Shown: positions 9,257 through 19,203, numbered from the stretch's first letter. The stretch: DNA of 64,000 nucleotides from an uncultured archaeon (GCA_903866625.1 CAIPOI010000005.1:16371-80370); one strand, 5' to 3'. The notes: generated by a model from the sequence alone, not told the origin. Made by a program: numbers and translations.

Positions 9257-11530
9257 ATGTTGTTTAAACCAGGTACTCCTTTGTATTCCTATGAGATAGA
9301 AAAGAATGCTGATGAAGATGTAATGTATATTAACTTTCTTGGCGCTCCTTTTGTTCCAAGCGTTGCAGAATCTTCTGAAGTTATGTCCCGGATAATTGAT
9401 TATTTAATTAAAGCTCCTAATATTTCTCGGGTAGTTTTTGTTCAGCAAAGAAACTATAGTTATGATTATTCCCAGATTATTTTGCTTAAAGAGATAGCAG
9501 AACTTTATGTTAGATTAACTCAACAAGAAAAAATTCTTTCTCCATCAAAATTAGCCTTAAATAATAGGTATGAACTTTCGAGCAGATATGAATTTGTCAG
9601 CTATTTACTTAACTTGCTGAAGGCAGACCCTTTAGCTTGTTTAGCAGAGTTGGAAAATGAGATTGTTCGTGAAAAGACAGCAACAAGCAAACCCGAAGCA
9701 GGTTATGATAATGTTTTTTATTTAAGAGTTCTTGAGAATTTTTCAGAACTATTAAAAAATTCCAGATTATTTAAGATTCTCTCTAATAATCTTGATTCTT
9801 ATAGATTTGGTGAAAGAAAAGTTTATGGTTCTGTATTTAGGCCAGATATTATTCCTAATTTTACATTTACAAGATTAGTAAGTCAACTTCCTAAAGAAGC
9901 AGAGATGGTTGATCAGTATCAAATTGGCGAAGGTTATGATGTTTCTATAGTAACTATTCTCAAGAAACCAGAAGAAGTAAAATATTTTTATCATTTGATG
10001 CCTCCTGAATATGGATTAAATGAAGATCATCATTTAATTTTGAATCTTGCAAGAAATGTTTTGATAGAACATCAACCTAAGGCAGAGGAGTTTACAGACC
10101 CTGAAAGAACAAGACAGGTTTTTTTTAATGTTGCCAGAGATTTAGTAAGAGAGTTGGGTGAAACCCAGAAAGTAAAACTGAGTTATGCAGATATTAATAA
10201 ACTTGCAACAATTTTAGTAAGACATACTATTGGCTTTGGATTAATTGAAATTTTACTCAAGGATAAAAATTTGCAGGATATTGTTTTAAATTCCCCTGTT
10301 ACTCAAAATCCAATTTATCTAAGACATAATGATTTTGATGAGTGCACAACTAATATAATTCCAAGTCAAGAAGATGCAGACTCTTGGGCCGCAAAGTTTA
10401 GAATGATTTCTGGAAGACCTTTAGATGAAGCCAATCCAATTTTGGATACGGATTTATCCATCGGAGACATAAGAGCTAGAATTGCAGTTATTCAACAGCC
10501 ACTTTCTCCATCAGGTTTGGCTTATGCTATTAGAAGGCATAGAGAAAGTCCTTGGACCTTGCCTTTATTTGTTAAAAATAAAATGCTTAATAGTTTTGCT
10601 GCTGGACTTTTCAGTTTTTTAATTGATGGTTCAAGAACTATGTTGGTTGCAGGAACTAGAAGCTCAGGTAAAACTTCCTTGCTCGGCTCTTTAATGTTAG
10701 AAATTATGTCTAAATACAGAATTATTACAATTGAAGATACTCCAGAACTTGCAGTTGATACTATGAGAAAATTAAAGTATGATATTTTGAGGATGAAAGT
10801 TAGAAGTGCTTTGACTCAGACTACTAATGAAATCGCTGCAGACGAAGGAATTAGAACTTCCCTTAGACTTGGAGATTCTTGTTTAATTATTGGAGAAGTA
10901 AGAAGTCAGGAAGCAAGGGCCCTATATGAGGCAATGAGAATTGGCGCTTTAGCTAATGTAGTTGCAGGAACTATTCATGGTGCTTCACCTTATGGAGTTT
11001 TTGATAGAGTTGTAAATGATTTGCAAGTTCCTGTTACTAGTTTTAAGGCTACAGATTGTGTCATTGTTGCTAATCCTGTTAAGAGTGCAGATGGAATGCA
11101 TTCTATGAGAAGAGTTTTGCAACTCGCAGAAGTTAGAAAACATTGGACAAAAGATCCTATTGAAGAAAAAGGATTTGTGGATTTGCTTAAGTATAATGTT
11201 GAGAAAGACGAATTAGAGCCAAGTGAAGATTTAATTAATGGAGATAGTGAGGTAATAAAAGATATTGCTTCAGGAGTTAGAGCGTGGGTTGGAAATTGGG
11301 ATGCAGTTTATGATAATATTTTACTTAGAGGAAAGATTAAACAAGAAATTGTAAATATATCTGAAAAACTGAAGAAGCCGGAGCTTTTAGAAGCAGGGTT
11401 TAATGTTTTAGGGAATAATATGTTTCATCAGATTTCTGATAAGATTAATGAGGAGATTGGTTTGCCACTTGGAGAAAGAGTTTTTCCTGAGTGGCAGAAA
11501 TGGGCAGTTAATGCGGCTAAGAAGATATAA
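9257..11530 (+). CDS. type II/IV secretion-family ATPase (archaeal FlaI/TadA/PilB-like) of a type IV pilus system
   Basis: Walker A AGTRSSGKTS, the IEDTPEL Asp box, His-box-like IHGASPYG, and a 757-aa length that includes an N-terminal extension. Confidence 0.8.
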   Translation: MLFKPGTPLYSYEIEKNADEDVMYINFLGAPFVPSVAESSEVMSRIIDYLIKAPNISRVVFVQQRNYSYDYSQIILLKEIAELYVRLTQQEKILSPSKLALNNRYELSSRYEFVSYLLNLLKADPLACLAELENEIVREKTATSKPEAGYDNVFYLRVLENFSELLKNSRLFKILSNNLDSYRFGERKVYGSVFRPDIIPNFTFTRLVSQLPKEAEMVDQYQIGEGYDVSIVTILKKPEEVKYFYHLMPPEYGLNEDHHLILNLARNVLIEHQPKAEEFTDPERTRQVFFNVARDLVRELGETQKVKLSYADINKLATILVRHTIGFGLIEILLKDKNLQDIVLNSPVTQNPIYLRHNDFDECTTNIIPSQEDADSWAAKFRMISGRPLDEANPILDTDLSIGDIRARIAVIQQPLSPSGLAYAIRRHRESPWTLPLFVKNKMLNSFAAGLFSFLIDGSRTMLVAGTRSSGKTSLLGSLMLEIMSKYRIITIEDTPELAVDTMRKLKYDILRMKVRSALTQTTNEIAADEGIRTSLRLGDSCLIIGEVRSQEARALYEAMRIGALANVVAGTIHGASPYGVFDRVVNDLQVPVTSFKATDCVIVANPVKSADGMHSMRRVLQLAEVRKHWTKDPIEEKGFVDLLKYNVEKDELEPSEDLINGDSEVIKDIASGVRAWVGNWDAVYDNILLRGKIKQEIVNISEKLKKPELLEAGFNVLGNNMFHQISDKINEEIGLPLGERVFPEWQKWAVNAAKKI

Positions 11531-11579
11531 TTTTGAATATAAATGATTATAAAGTCTAAAATCTGATTAAATATATAAA

Positions 11580-11810
11580 ATGAAGAGTCAAAGAATAACG
11601 ATTAGTTCATTATTGATTGGAATAACTCCTGACGTTATTGCCGCATTTGAAGCTACTAGAAATAATTTTTTTAATTCTTCGAGGGCTAGAGCTGAAGAGT
11701 TAGCTTTTGAAAGAGCGTTTAAAACTCCAGTTATTTCAAAATCTTTGGATTTAAATAAAGTTAGATTAAAATATAATCCTGAAGAGTGTCAGGTGAGAAG
11801 CTATGCCTAA
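11580..11810 (+). CDS. small hypothetical protein within the pilus operon
   Basis: 76-aa ORF placed between the ATPase and the platform gene; no recognisable domain. Confidence 0.35.
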   Translation: MKSQRITISSLLIGITPDVIAAFEATRNNFFNSSRARAEELAFERAFKTPVISKSLDLNKVRLKYNPEECQVRSYA

Positions 11811-12003
11811 AGATTATGCTATTTTGAGGAGAATTTATAGGGGCATGACTTCAGAACAAGTCTGTAAGTCTGTAATTGATGGATTTTCTGTGGATAATGA
11901 ACCCCTTGGAGTTTTTGGTCAAAGAGATCAATCTGGAAATTTTAGTCTAGATAGGGTTGTTTTTAATTTAAGTCCAAGTGAATTAGCCTTAATGACAATT
12001 TAG
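11803..12003 (+). CDS. small hypothetical protein within the pilus operon
   Basis: 66-aa ORF overlapping the stop of the previous ORF by 8 nt (translational coupling). Confidence 0.35.
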   Translation: MPKDYAILRRIYRGMTSEQVCKSVIDGFSVDNEPLGVFGQRDQSGNFSLDRVVFNLSPSELALMTI

Positions 12004-12056
12004 CCCAAGATTTATATACATTCTTTATCTTATTGTTTTTATAGAAAAAGAGGAAT

Positions 12057-14225
12057 ATGGTGGATAAAGATACAGAGGCAATTCTAAAGAAATATGGCAC
12101 GCAGTTGAATAGTCTTAATTCTGAACCTATTTATTCTAATAAGGATTTTTCAAATGAGTTTGTTCAGTTTAAAGAGGATATGATGCCTAAGTTTTCTAAA
12201 TATGAAAGATTATGTAAAAATATTGGTGGAAGTATTGGTATAAAACTTGCTCAAAAGGATGAAGATAATCTTCGTAGAGAAATAAACTCTGCACACTTAG
12301 ACGTAACCCCTAGTCAGGTGGTAGCTTTAGCTACTTTAATGTTTATTTTTGTTTTTATAGGTGGAGTAATTCTTACTACTGCTATTTATCTTATATCTAA
12401 TCCTCCTTATTTTTCTGTGCTTTTGCTTTTATTATCTTTTTTAACAGCAGGATTTTTATTCTATTATTTTTATTCTATGCCTTCGAGACTGGCTACTCAA
12501 TGGAGATTAAAGGCAGGTTCTCAGATGGTGCCATGTATACTTTATACCGTAATCTATATGAAGCATACCTCTAATCTTGAAAGAGCAATACGTTTTGCTT
12601 CAGAACATCTTGAACCTCCATTAGCTTTAGATTTAAAAAAAGTTTTTTGGGATGTAGAAGTTGGAAGATTTTCAACTATTAAGGAGAGTTTAGATAGTTA
12701 TCTGGAATCTTGGAGATTAAGTAATCCTGAATTTGTGGAGAGTTTTAATCTAATTGAATCAAGTTTATATGAACCTAGTGATTCAAGGAGAATTCAAATT
12801 CTTGAAAGGGCATTACAGGTTATTCTTGATGGAGTTTACGATAGAATGCTTAAGTTTACTCATGATGTTAAAGCTCCACTTACAAATCTTTACATGTTGG
12901 GTATAGTGCTTCCTACTTTAGGTTTAGCACTTTTGCCTTTAGGTTCTGCTTTGCTTAATGGTGCTATAAAATGGTTTCATATTTTAATATTTTTCAATAT
13001 TTTAATACCCTTTTTTGTTTTTTATATGACTTCTCAAATAATGGCTACTCGTCCTGGAGGTTATGGAGAGTCGAGCATACTTGAATTAAATCCCCTTTAC
13101 TCTAAATATAAATCTAAGAAGTCTTATCTAAAAGCAGGATTAATTGTTCTTCCTCTTTTCTTAATAGGAATATTTCCTTTATTATTATCTATTCCTGGCT
13201 TTGCTGGTTTGCTTAATATTAATCCAGATGTAAGTTTTGGAAGTTTGGGGATTGGGTTTTTAAGTGATATAAAACTTTTTGATATAATTCAGGGAGTTGG
13301 ACCTATGGGCCCTGTTGCCTTGTTAATGAGTTTATTTATTCCTCTTTCAGTATTTTTATTTTTTTCTATTTCTTATAAAGCCAGAACCAAAGATATAATC
13401 AAATCAAGAGATTACTCAAAAGTTCTTGAGGGAGAGTTTAATAATTCTTTATTTCAGTTAGGCAACAGAATCGGAGATGGAACTCCTGCAGAGCTTGCAT
13501 TTGGAAAAGTTATAGAAAGTTCAAGGGGACAGGTTACAGAGAATTTCTTTAAAATTGTTAATTCAAATATTCAGAGTTCTGGTATGAGCTTAGAGAAAGC
13601 AATATTTGATCCAAGAAGAGGTGCAATACTCAACTATCCTTCAAATTTAATTTCTACAAGCATGCATATTCTTATAGAAAGTGCAAGAAAGGGGTTAAAA
13701 GTTGCAGCAGAATCTCTTATGAGCATTGCAGATTATGTTAGAAATATAAATAAAATTAATGATAGACTTAGAGACTTGTTGGCAGATGTTATTTCTGATA
13801 TGAAAAGTAATATGACTTTTTTAGCACCTTTGCTTGCTGGAATTGTTGTGGGGTTATCTTCTATGATAACTTTGATTTTAAGCAAATTAACTGCGGTAAT
13901 AACTGCTGCTACTGCGAGTACTACTGCAGATTTATCGACTTTTGGGAGTATAAGTTCTATTGTTAAGATATTTGATGTTAATGTTATGATTCCTCCCTAC
14001 TTCTTGCAGATTTGTGTTGGAATTTACATAGTTGAAATCATATTTATTCTAACAAAGGCTCTTGTTAGTGTAGATGCTGGAGAAGACGAGTTAAAAGAGA
14101 CTTCAGATATTGCTAAGAATCTTATTTCTGGGGGTTTACTTTATTTGATTGTTGCTCTCATAGCCATAGTTGCTCTTTCCCTGCTTTCAGGAATAGCTTT
14201 GAACAGCATAGGTGTGGGAGTTTAA
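12057..14225 (+). CDS. polytopic membrane platform protein, TadC/FlaJ (T2SSF)-like
   Basis: 722 aa, many TM helices, alternating cytoplasmic helical domains, and a position directly after the secretion ATPase; GAGG lies upstream of the ATG. Confidence 0.6.
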   Translation: MVDKDTEAILKKYGTQLNSLNSEPIYSNKDFSNEFVQFKEDMMPKFSKYERLCKNIGGSIGIKLAQKDEDNLRREINSAHLDVTPSQVVALATLMFIFVFIGGVILTTAIYLISNPPYFSVLLLLLSFLTAGFLFYYFYSMPSRLATQWRLKAGSQMVPCILYTVIYMKHTSNLERAIRFASEHLEPPLALDLKKVFWDVEVGRFSTIKESLDSYLESWRLSNPEFVESFNLIESSLYEPSDSRRIQILERALQVILDGVYDRMLKFTHDVKAPLTNLYMLGIVLPTLGLALLPLGSALLNGAIKWFHILIFFNILIPFFVFYMTSQIMATRPGGYGESSILELNPLYSKYKSKKSYLKAGLIVLPLFLIGIFPLLLSIPGFAGLLNINPDVSFGSLGIGFLSDIKLFDIIQGVGPMGPVALLMSLFIPLSVFLFFSISYKARTKDIIKSRDYSKVLEGEFNNSLFQLGNRIGDGTPAELAFGKVIESSRGQVTENFFKIVNSNIQSSGMSLEKAIFDPRRGAILNYPSNLISTSMHILIESARKGLKVAAESLMSIADYVRNINKINDRLRDLLADVISDMKSNMTFLAPLLAGIVVGLSSMITLILSKLTAVITAATASTTADLSTFGSISSIVKIFDVNVMIPPYFLQICVGIYIVEIIFILTKALVSVDAGEDELKETSDIAKNLISGGLLYLIVALIAIVALSLLSGIALNSIGVGV

Positions 14226-14259
14226 GCACTAACTTTAAATAATAGATTTTCTTAGTGGA

Positions 14260-14604
14260 TTGATGATAAAAATAGGGGATAAGAAAGGTTTAGAGATGGC
14301 TATAAACACTATTGTTCTAATAATTTTAGCTTTAGTAGTGTTGATTGCAGCAATATTTATTTTTAGCCGTTCGAGTTCTGCTTTTGCAGATAAGATTAAT
14401 AGTTTTATTAGTTCTAGTAATGTAGATAGTACTATTGACTCTTGTAATATTCTTGCAAATCAAGAAAGTAGGTTTGATTATTGTTGTGTTAAGAAAAGTG
14501 TAAAGATCTCTCGTTCAGAAATTCTCAATGTTACTTGTTCAGAAGCAACAGAAAAATCTTGGGCTAAAGATATTCAAAAATTAAATTGTGAGGGTGTTTG
14601 TTAA
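14260..14604 (+). CDS. pilin-like protein with a class III signal peptide and a Cys-rich C-terminus
   Basis: DKKG|LEMAINTIVLIILALVVLIAAIFIF fits the archaeal prepilin motif [KR][GA] followed by a hydrophobic helix; the C-terminus carries 6 Cys. Confidence 0.6.
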   Translation: MMIKIGDKKGLEMAINTIVLIILALVVLIAAIFIFSRSSSAFADKINSFISSSNVDSTIDSCNILANQESRFDYCCVKKSVKISRSEILNVTCSEATEKSWAKDIQKLNCEGVC

Positions 14605-14788
14605 GATGAAAAGTAAAATAAGTAAAAAAAACAAGAATTCTAAGGCGAGGATTGAATTAGATGTTATGGGTTGGTGGATCTTAGGGGTTTTAGTATTAGT
14701 AATTGTTTTAGCTGCGATATTTATACTAGCAAAAAAAGGGCAGGGAGGTTTGGATTTTCTTAAAAATATTTTTAGGTTTGGTAGATAA
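14588..14788 (+). CDS. small pilin-like protein
   Basis: SKARIELDVMGWWILGVLVLVIVLAAIFIL: KA followed by a hydrophobic helix. The start is uncertain and may be the internal Met. Confidence 0.4.
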   Translation: MRVFVKMKSKISKKNKNSKARIELDVMGWWILGVLVLVIVLAAIFILAKKGQGGLDFLKNIFRFGR

Positions 14789-14793
14789 GTTTC

Positions 14794-15459
14794 TTGGTCT
14801 TTAGCATGATATCTTTAAAAAATAAACGAGCAAATGATGGGGGTACCTCAGAAAGTTCTGTTGCTATAATTCTGGTTGTTTTGGTGTTAATAGTTGGTTT
14901 GATTGCTTTGGCTGTAATTTCTGCACCCAAAATTTATGATGCTATAAAGGGGCTTCCAGGTTTTGGCGGGGGAGAAAAAGATCAAGGAAATAATCCGCCA
15001 GTTCAGCCATTAGAGTATCAAAAGCCCAATTCTTGTATATATAATTTTTACTGGAGTGATGTGTCTGGGGTTGCTCTTTCTACTTCTTTGAAAAAAAGTG
15101 CTAAGCAGGACGATCCTTTTTATATTGCTTTAAGTATAAATGATGATTTTGAAAAAAATCCTGATTGTAAAGATTATTCCGTGGTTGTAGAAGCTACAGA
15201 AAAAGGTTCATTCATTATTTCTCAATCCTTTTATTCCTTAGGTTTAATTGATAAGGAGAACATTAAGATTATTGAGGGTAAAAAATTTTATATAACCTCT
15301 TGGTATTTGAGAGAACAGGATTCTTACTGGAAGAGTCTTGGGGATAATTGGCTTGCTCTCAAATTAAAGGCAATATTTGGTTCTCAAACCTATAAGTTTT
15401 ATATTAGAGATAACAAAAAAGAGATAATTAGATTAGGAGATACAATTCATGTTAAATAA
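14794..15459 (+). CDS. pilin-like protein (class III signal peptide)
   Basis: SLKNKRA|NDGGTSESSVAIILVVLVLIVGLIAL. Confidence 0.55.
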   Translation: MVFSMISLKNKRANDGGTSESSVAIILVVLVLIVGLIALAVISAPKIYDAIKGLPGFGGGEKDQGNNPPVQPLEYQKPNSCIYNFYWSDVSGVALSTSLKKSAKQDDPFYIALSINDDFEKNPDCKDYSVVVEATEKGSFIISQSFYSLGLIDKENIKIIEGKKFYITSWYLREQDSYWKSLGDNWLALKLKAIFGSQTYKFYIRDNKKEIIRLGDTIHVK

Positions 15460-15970
15460 AAAAGCAGAAACAGGAACAACTCTCGGTGGGACTGTGACTA
15501 GTGTAGTAATCGCAGTTATTTGTATTCTTATACTGATCGGTTTGGGAGTTATGATTTATAATATTCTGGTTGTGAGTCCTGATTTATCTAAGGCAGAAGC
15601 GACCCTTAAGGAAGTTTCCTCAAATATTGAAGCTATAAATTCTCAAGGAGGTTCTATGGAAGTTGTGATAGCTAATCCTAATGGTTGGGTTTTAGTTTCT
15701 GCAGATTCTTCAAATATTCCTTCTTTGTGCGGAAGTTCTAATTGTTTATGTATTTGTAAATATGATTCTAATAAGCAAACTTTTTTTAATAATTGTAATG
15801 ATAAAAGAATTGCGACATGTACTCCTTTGGGAGAGAAAAAAGTTCAGATTTCTTCCTCAGTTTATAGTATTAATTATCCTATTGGTATTTCTGGGATTAA
15901 TATAGATGGTATTATCAAGATAAAGTTAAGTTTTTCTAATAATGAAATAAATCTAGAGCGTCTTTCTTAA
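15449..15970 (+). CDS. pilin-like protein (class III signal peptide, Cys-rich middle)
   Basis: MLNKKA|ETGTTLGGTVTSVVIAVICILILIGL; there is a CGSSNCLCICKYDSNKQTFFNNCNDKRIATC cluster. Confidence 0.55.
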   Translation: MLNKKAETGTTLGGTVTSVVIAVICILILIGLGVMIYNILVVSPDLSKAEATLKEVSSNIEAINSQGGSMEVVIANPNGWVLVSADSSNIPSLCGSSNCLCICKYDSNKQTFFNNCNDKRIATCTPLGEKKVQISSSVYSINYPIGISGINIDGIIKIKLSFSNNEINLERLS

Positions 15971-15984
15971 ATATTATCTATATA

Positions 15985-16116
15985 ATGAAAACTCAAACAA
16001 AAAATAAAAAAGCTCAACAAGATTCGATAATAAGAATATTATTATGGATTGTTTTTATTATAATCCTATTTGGGGTGGTTTATTTTATTGCTAAAAACTT
16101 ATTTAAATTAGGATAA
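15985..16116 (+). CDS. 43-aa mini-pilin-like ORF (below the ORF-track length cutoff)
   Basis: Translation by hand: MKTQTKNKKAQQDSIIRILLWIVFIIILFGVVYFIAKNLFKLG. This is the NKKA motif followed by a hydrophobic helix, the same architecture as the neighbouring pilins. Confidence 0.35.
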   Translation: MKTQTKNKKAQQDSIIRILLWIVFIIILFGVVYFIAKNLFKLG

Positions 16117-16135
16117 TCTAAAAATATATATTAAA

Positions 16136-17047
16136 ATGAAAAATAAAAAAGGGGATTTGACAAGTAAAACAATAATAACTTGGGTTATCTTAATTGTTAC
16201 GTTTGGAATTATACTTTTATTTATAACTGTTTTTCCTTGGGGCGAGGAAAAATCCAGAGATTCTTGCCATACTACAATTGTCATGAGAGCAAGTGCTAAT
16301 TTGGATAAACTAAATGGTTTGAAGGGTGATATTCCTTTAAAATGCCAGACTCAGAAAATTTGTTTGAAAAGTGGTTTGTTTGGAAGTTGTCCTAATTTGG
16401 GAAAGACTTCCACGATTAATATGCCTGGAGCAGATAAGGCTGATGTTGTTAATTCTATTGCAGAAACTTTATATGCAGATTATATTATGACTGGAAAAGG
16501 TTTGCTTAATTTTATGCCTCGAGGTTTTACAAATCAGAAATATTGCTTAATAACTTCTAAACTATCTTTAGATCCAAAAACACAAGTATCTATTACTCCG
16601 AGAGATATCTATCAAAGATTGAGTCAGATAAAAAATGACAACGATGTTTCTTATTTAAAAGAGATGTATGGTTTGGAAAGTCCAGATCAAATGCAAGAAT
16701 ATTTTTCCCAGGTTAGTAAGGTTAAAGGTTTTGAGGGTGCTACAAGTTTTATGACTTCTCCTTTAGATTTTTCAAAAAATGATTATGATATAGTTGTTGC
16801 TGTTACTCAGAATGGTTGGTGGAAATCTGTTGCTGGAGGTGTTGGAGTTGCCGTAAGTGTAGCTTTGATTCCTTGGACTTTAGGAGCTAGTGCTTGGATT
16901 GGCACAGGAATAGTTGCTGGAGCAGCTACAACTTATACTTTCGGTCAAAATAATGAGGATTATCAATATAATCTTCCTATATTAGTTGTTAACACTCCCG
17001 AAGCATTAAAACAATTAGATTGTAGCTCTATTGAAACTCTTGCTTGA
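16136..17047 (+). CDS. large pilin-like protein (class III signal peptide; Gly-rich hydrophobic C-terminus)
   Basis: MKNKKG|DLTSKTIITWVILIVTFGIILLFI, and C-terminal VAGGVGVAVSVALIPWTLGASAWIGTGIVAGAATT. Confidence 0.55.
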   Translation: MKNKKGDLTSKTIITWVILIVTFGIILLFITVFPWGEEKSRDSCHTTIVMRASANLDKLNGLKGDIPLKCQTQKICLKSGLFGSCPNLGKTSTINMPGADKADVVNSIAETLYADYIMTGKGLLNFMPRGFTNQKYCLITSKLSLDPKTQVSITPRDIYQRLSQIKNDNDVSYLKEMYGLESPDQMQEYFSQVSKVKGFEGATSFMTSPLDFSKNDYDIVVAVTQNGWWKSVAGGVGVAVSVALIPWTLGASAWIGTGIVAGAATTYTFGQNNEDYQYNLPILVVNTPEALKQLDCSSIETLA

Positions 17048-17072
17048 TTGAACTGGAAATTATAAAAATAAA

Positions 17073-17477
17073 ATGATATCTTTAAGAAATAAAAAAGCAG
17101 AATCAGAACATGAAATGTTTGAAACAGTTATTTTTTTAGTTATAACTGTTGCGCTTTTTGCTATTTGCTTTTATTATGTTTCTTGGGTAGGAAGCAATGA
17201 TAAAACTATTGAAGAGCAGTCTGCAAAACAAATAGCTCTGACTATTGATTCTATTGTTCCAGGAAGCCAAGTAGTTTTAGATTTACCTGAACTTTTTGAT
17301 GCCGCTAAGAAAAATAATTTTGTTGGACCTGAAGATAGAGTTGTTTTACCTGTGGAAAATGGAAAGATAACTGTTAAAACTTCTAAAAAAACTTCTTACT
17401 CTTTCTATACCTTTTCTTCTATACCTACTCAAATCACAATTGATAAAATCACTAAAAAAATAATTATTAATGCTTAA
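17073..17477 (+). CDS. pilin-like protein (class III signal peptide)
   Basis: MISLRNKKA|ESEHEMFETVIFLVITVALFAICFYYV. Confidence 0.55.
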   Translation: MISLRNKKAESEHEMFETVIFLVITVALFAICFYYVSWVGSNDKTIEEQSAKQIALTIDSIVPGSQVVLDLPELFDAAKKNNFVGPEDRVVLPVENGKITVKTSKKTSYSFYTFSSIPTQITIDKITKKIIINA

Positions 17478-17973
17478 AATGATAAAAATAACTATTAAAA
17501 ATAAAAAAGCAGATTCAAGATGGCTTTCGCCTTGGATGATTGTTCAGTGGATTATAATTATTGGTGCTTTGTTATTGATAAGCTACTGGTTTTTTCCAGG
17601 ATTTAATGATGTAAGGGTTAAGGAAGCTGAGAAGATGAATAATGTTTTGCTTAATTGTTTAGCTAAAGACTTTTCTATATCTGAAATTCAAAAAGATAGT
17701 TTTAATATTTTTGAAAAATGTTCTTTGAATAAAGATTTGTTTAGTAGTCAGCAGATTTATTATTTTGAAATTATCATCGATGATTCTGCTGGAAAAGAAG
17801 TTAGAGATATTCAGGCAGGAGTTAATTGGAAAACTGAATGTTTATATCAAAAGGAAAATAATAAAGCAGAAACTAAGCTTGCACAGTGTTTTGTTAATAC
17901 CCTCTATGTTCTTGATAAGAAAACGGGTTTAAAATATAGTGTTCAAGCAATAACTGGTTCAAATCAAAAATGA
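17470..17973 (+). CDS. pilin-like protein (class III signal peptide), tandem paralog
   Basis: MIKITIKNKKA|DSRWLSPWMIVQWIIIIGALLLI; it overlaps the previous stop. Confidence 0.55.
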   Translation: MLKMIKITIKNKKADSRWLSPWMIVQWIIIIGALLLISYWFFPGFNDVRVKEAEKMNNVLLNCLAKDFSISEIQKDSFNIFEKCSLNKDLFSSQQIYYFEIIIDDSAGKEVRDIQAGVNWKTECLYQKENNKAETKLAQCFVNTLYVLDKKTGLKYSVQAITGSNQK

Positions 17974-18506
17974 TTAAAATAACTATTAAAAATAAAAAAG
18001 CAGAGGCAATAGGTTCTACTCTTACTTGGATTAGTGCAACTTTTGTTTTAATTTTAGTAATTGCTATGTTTATGGCATTAAGCATATTAATTTTTAAGAC
18101 TAGTTGGGGTTCTGGTAAGACAAATGCCATTCTCTCTCAAGATTCACAGACTATTATGACTTCTTCTATGATAAATTTCTTAAAGATGAAGGATTCAAGT
18201 GGGTTGACTAATGAAGAGATTATAAGAAGCTGGGCAGTTAGTAAAAATTCTGATCAAGAAAAATTAATAAGAAAAAATATAGAAGCCTTTGTTAGTTCTA
18301 TTGATTCTCCTTGCGCAATATTTCAAATAAATCCTACGGGTGGAAGTGGCGACGCGACATTAACTGTAAATAAAATACAATCTAGTATCAGTAGTTCTCC
18401 TGCTCACCAACAGTATTATTTTGATCGTTCTTCTAAAGTTTATATAAGATTTAATAATAAATTAGGATTCATCCGCTTCTTTCAGGGCGCTTGTTATAGT
18501 TTTTAG
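17970..18506 (+). CDS. pilin-like protein (class III signal peptide), tandem paralog
   Basis: MIKITIKNKKA|EAIGSTLTWISATFVLILVIAMFMAL; the first ~40 nt are nearly identical to the 5' end of 17470. Confidence 0.55.
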   Translation: MIKITIKNKKAEAIGSTLTWISATFVLILVIAMFMALSILIFKTSWGSGKTNAILSQDSQTIMTSSMINFLKMKDSSGLTNEEIIRSWAVSKNSDQEKLIRKNIEAFVSSIDSPCAIFQINPTGGSGDATLTVNKIQSSISSSPAHQQYYFDRSSKVYIRFNNKLGFIRFFQGACYSF

Positions 18507-18507
18507 C

Positions 18508-18963
18508 ATGATAACTCTAAAAAATAAAAAGGGTATGGCAATTTCAACAGTTTTATTTGTAATTATGGTAATAATTCTTTTTACAACTGCTATTACTCTG
18601 TTTTATCTTAGGGATAAAAGCGCAAATGAGGGGTTTGCATCTTTAAATCAAGGTGAGGTTCTTAATTATAAGGCTTTAATATTGGATTATTATCTTGAAA
18701 ATACTTGTAAAAAGACTGCAGAAGCCAAACCTTCTACTGCTCAAGAAGCAATTGATTTGTTTAAGAAAAATTTGGCCTTGTATAAAGATGGAAAAGAGTA
18801 TGTTATGCAAGAGCTTCTTAGTGCAGAAGGAAGTGCTAATGATAAAACTATTTCTCTTGAAAATGGAAAGGTTAAATGTCTGTTTAGCTTTGATTTGGTA
18901 ATAAGTTCTGGAGCAGGTTCTGGTTCGAGCCAGGTTCATCATAATTTTGAGTATACTAGTTAA
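18508..18963 (+). CDS. pilin-like protein (class III signal peptide)
   Basis: MITLKNKKG|MAISTVLFVIMVIILFTTAITLF. Confidence 0.55.
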   Translation: MITLKNKKGMAISTVLFVIMVIILFTTAITLFYLRDKSANEGFASLNQGEVLNYKALILDYYLENTCKKTAEAKPSTAQEAIDLFKKNLALYKDGKEYVMQELLSAEGSANDKTISLENGKVKCLFSFDLVISSGAGSGSSQVHHNFEYTS

Positions 18964-19203
18964 GATTGCTAAAATGTTAAGTAAATCCTCAATTTTAACA
19001 TAACACTCGCCTCGAGCAAAGCTCTCGGCTCGCCTATTTTCTGCTCAATCAACTCCTCCTGCTCGTCGATTTCGCGGATTTATATTAATAAGATATTCTA
19101 TAACAAGAAGTGCAAATTAAGTAAAAAGGTTAAGTTATAAACTTGACTTAACATAAAAACAAGATTTTTAAACCCCAAAAACATAGTAGATAAGAAAAAG
19201 AGC

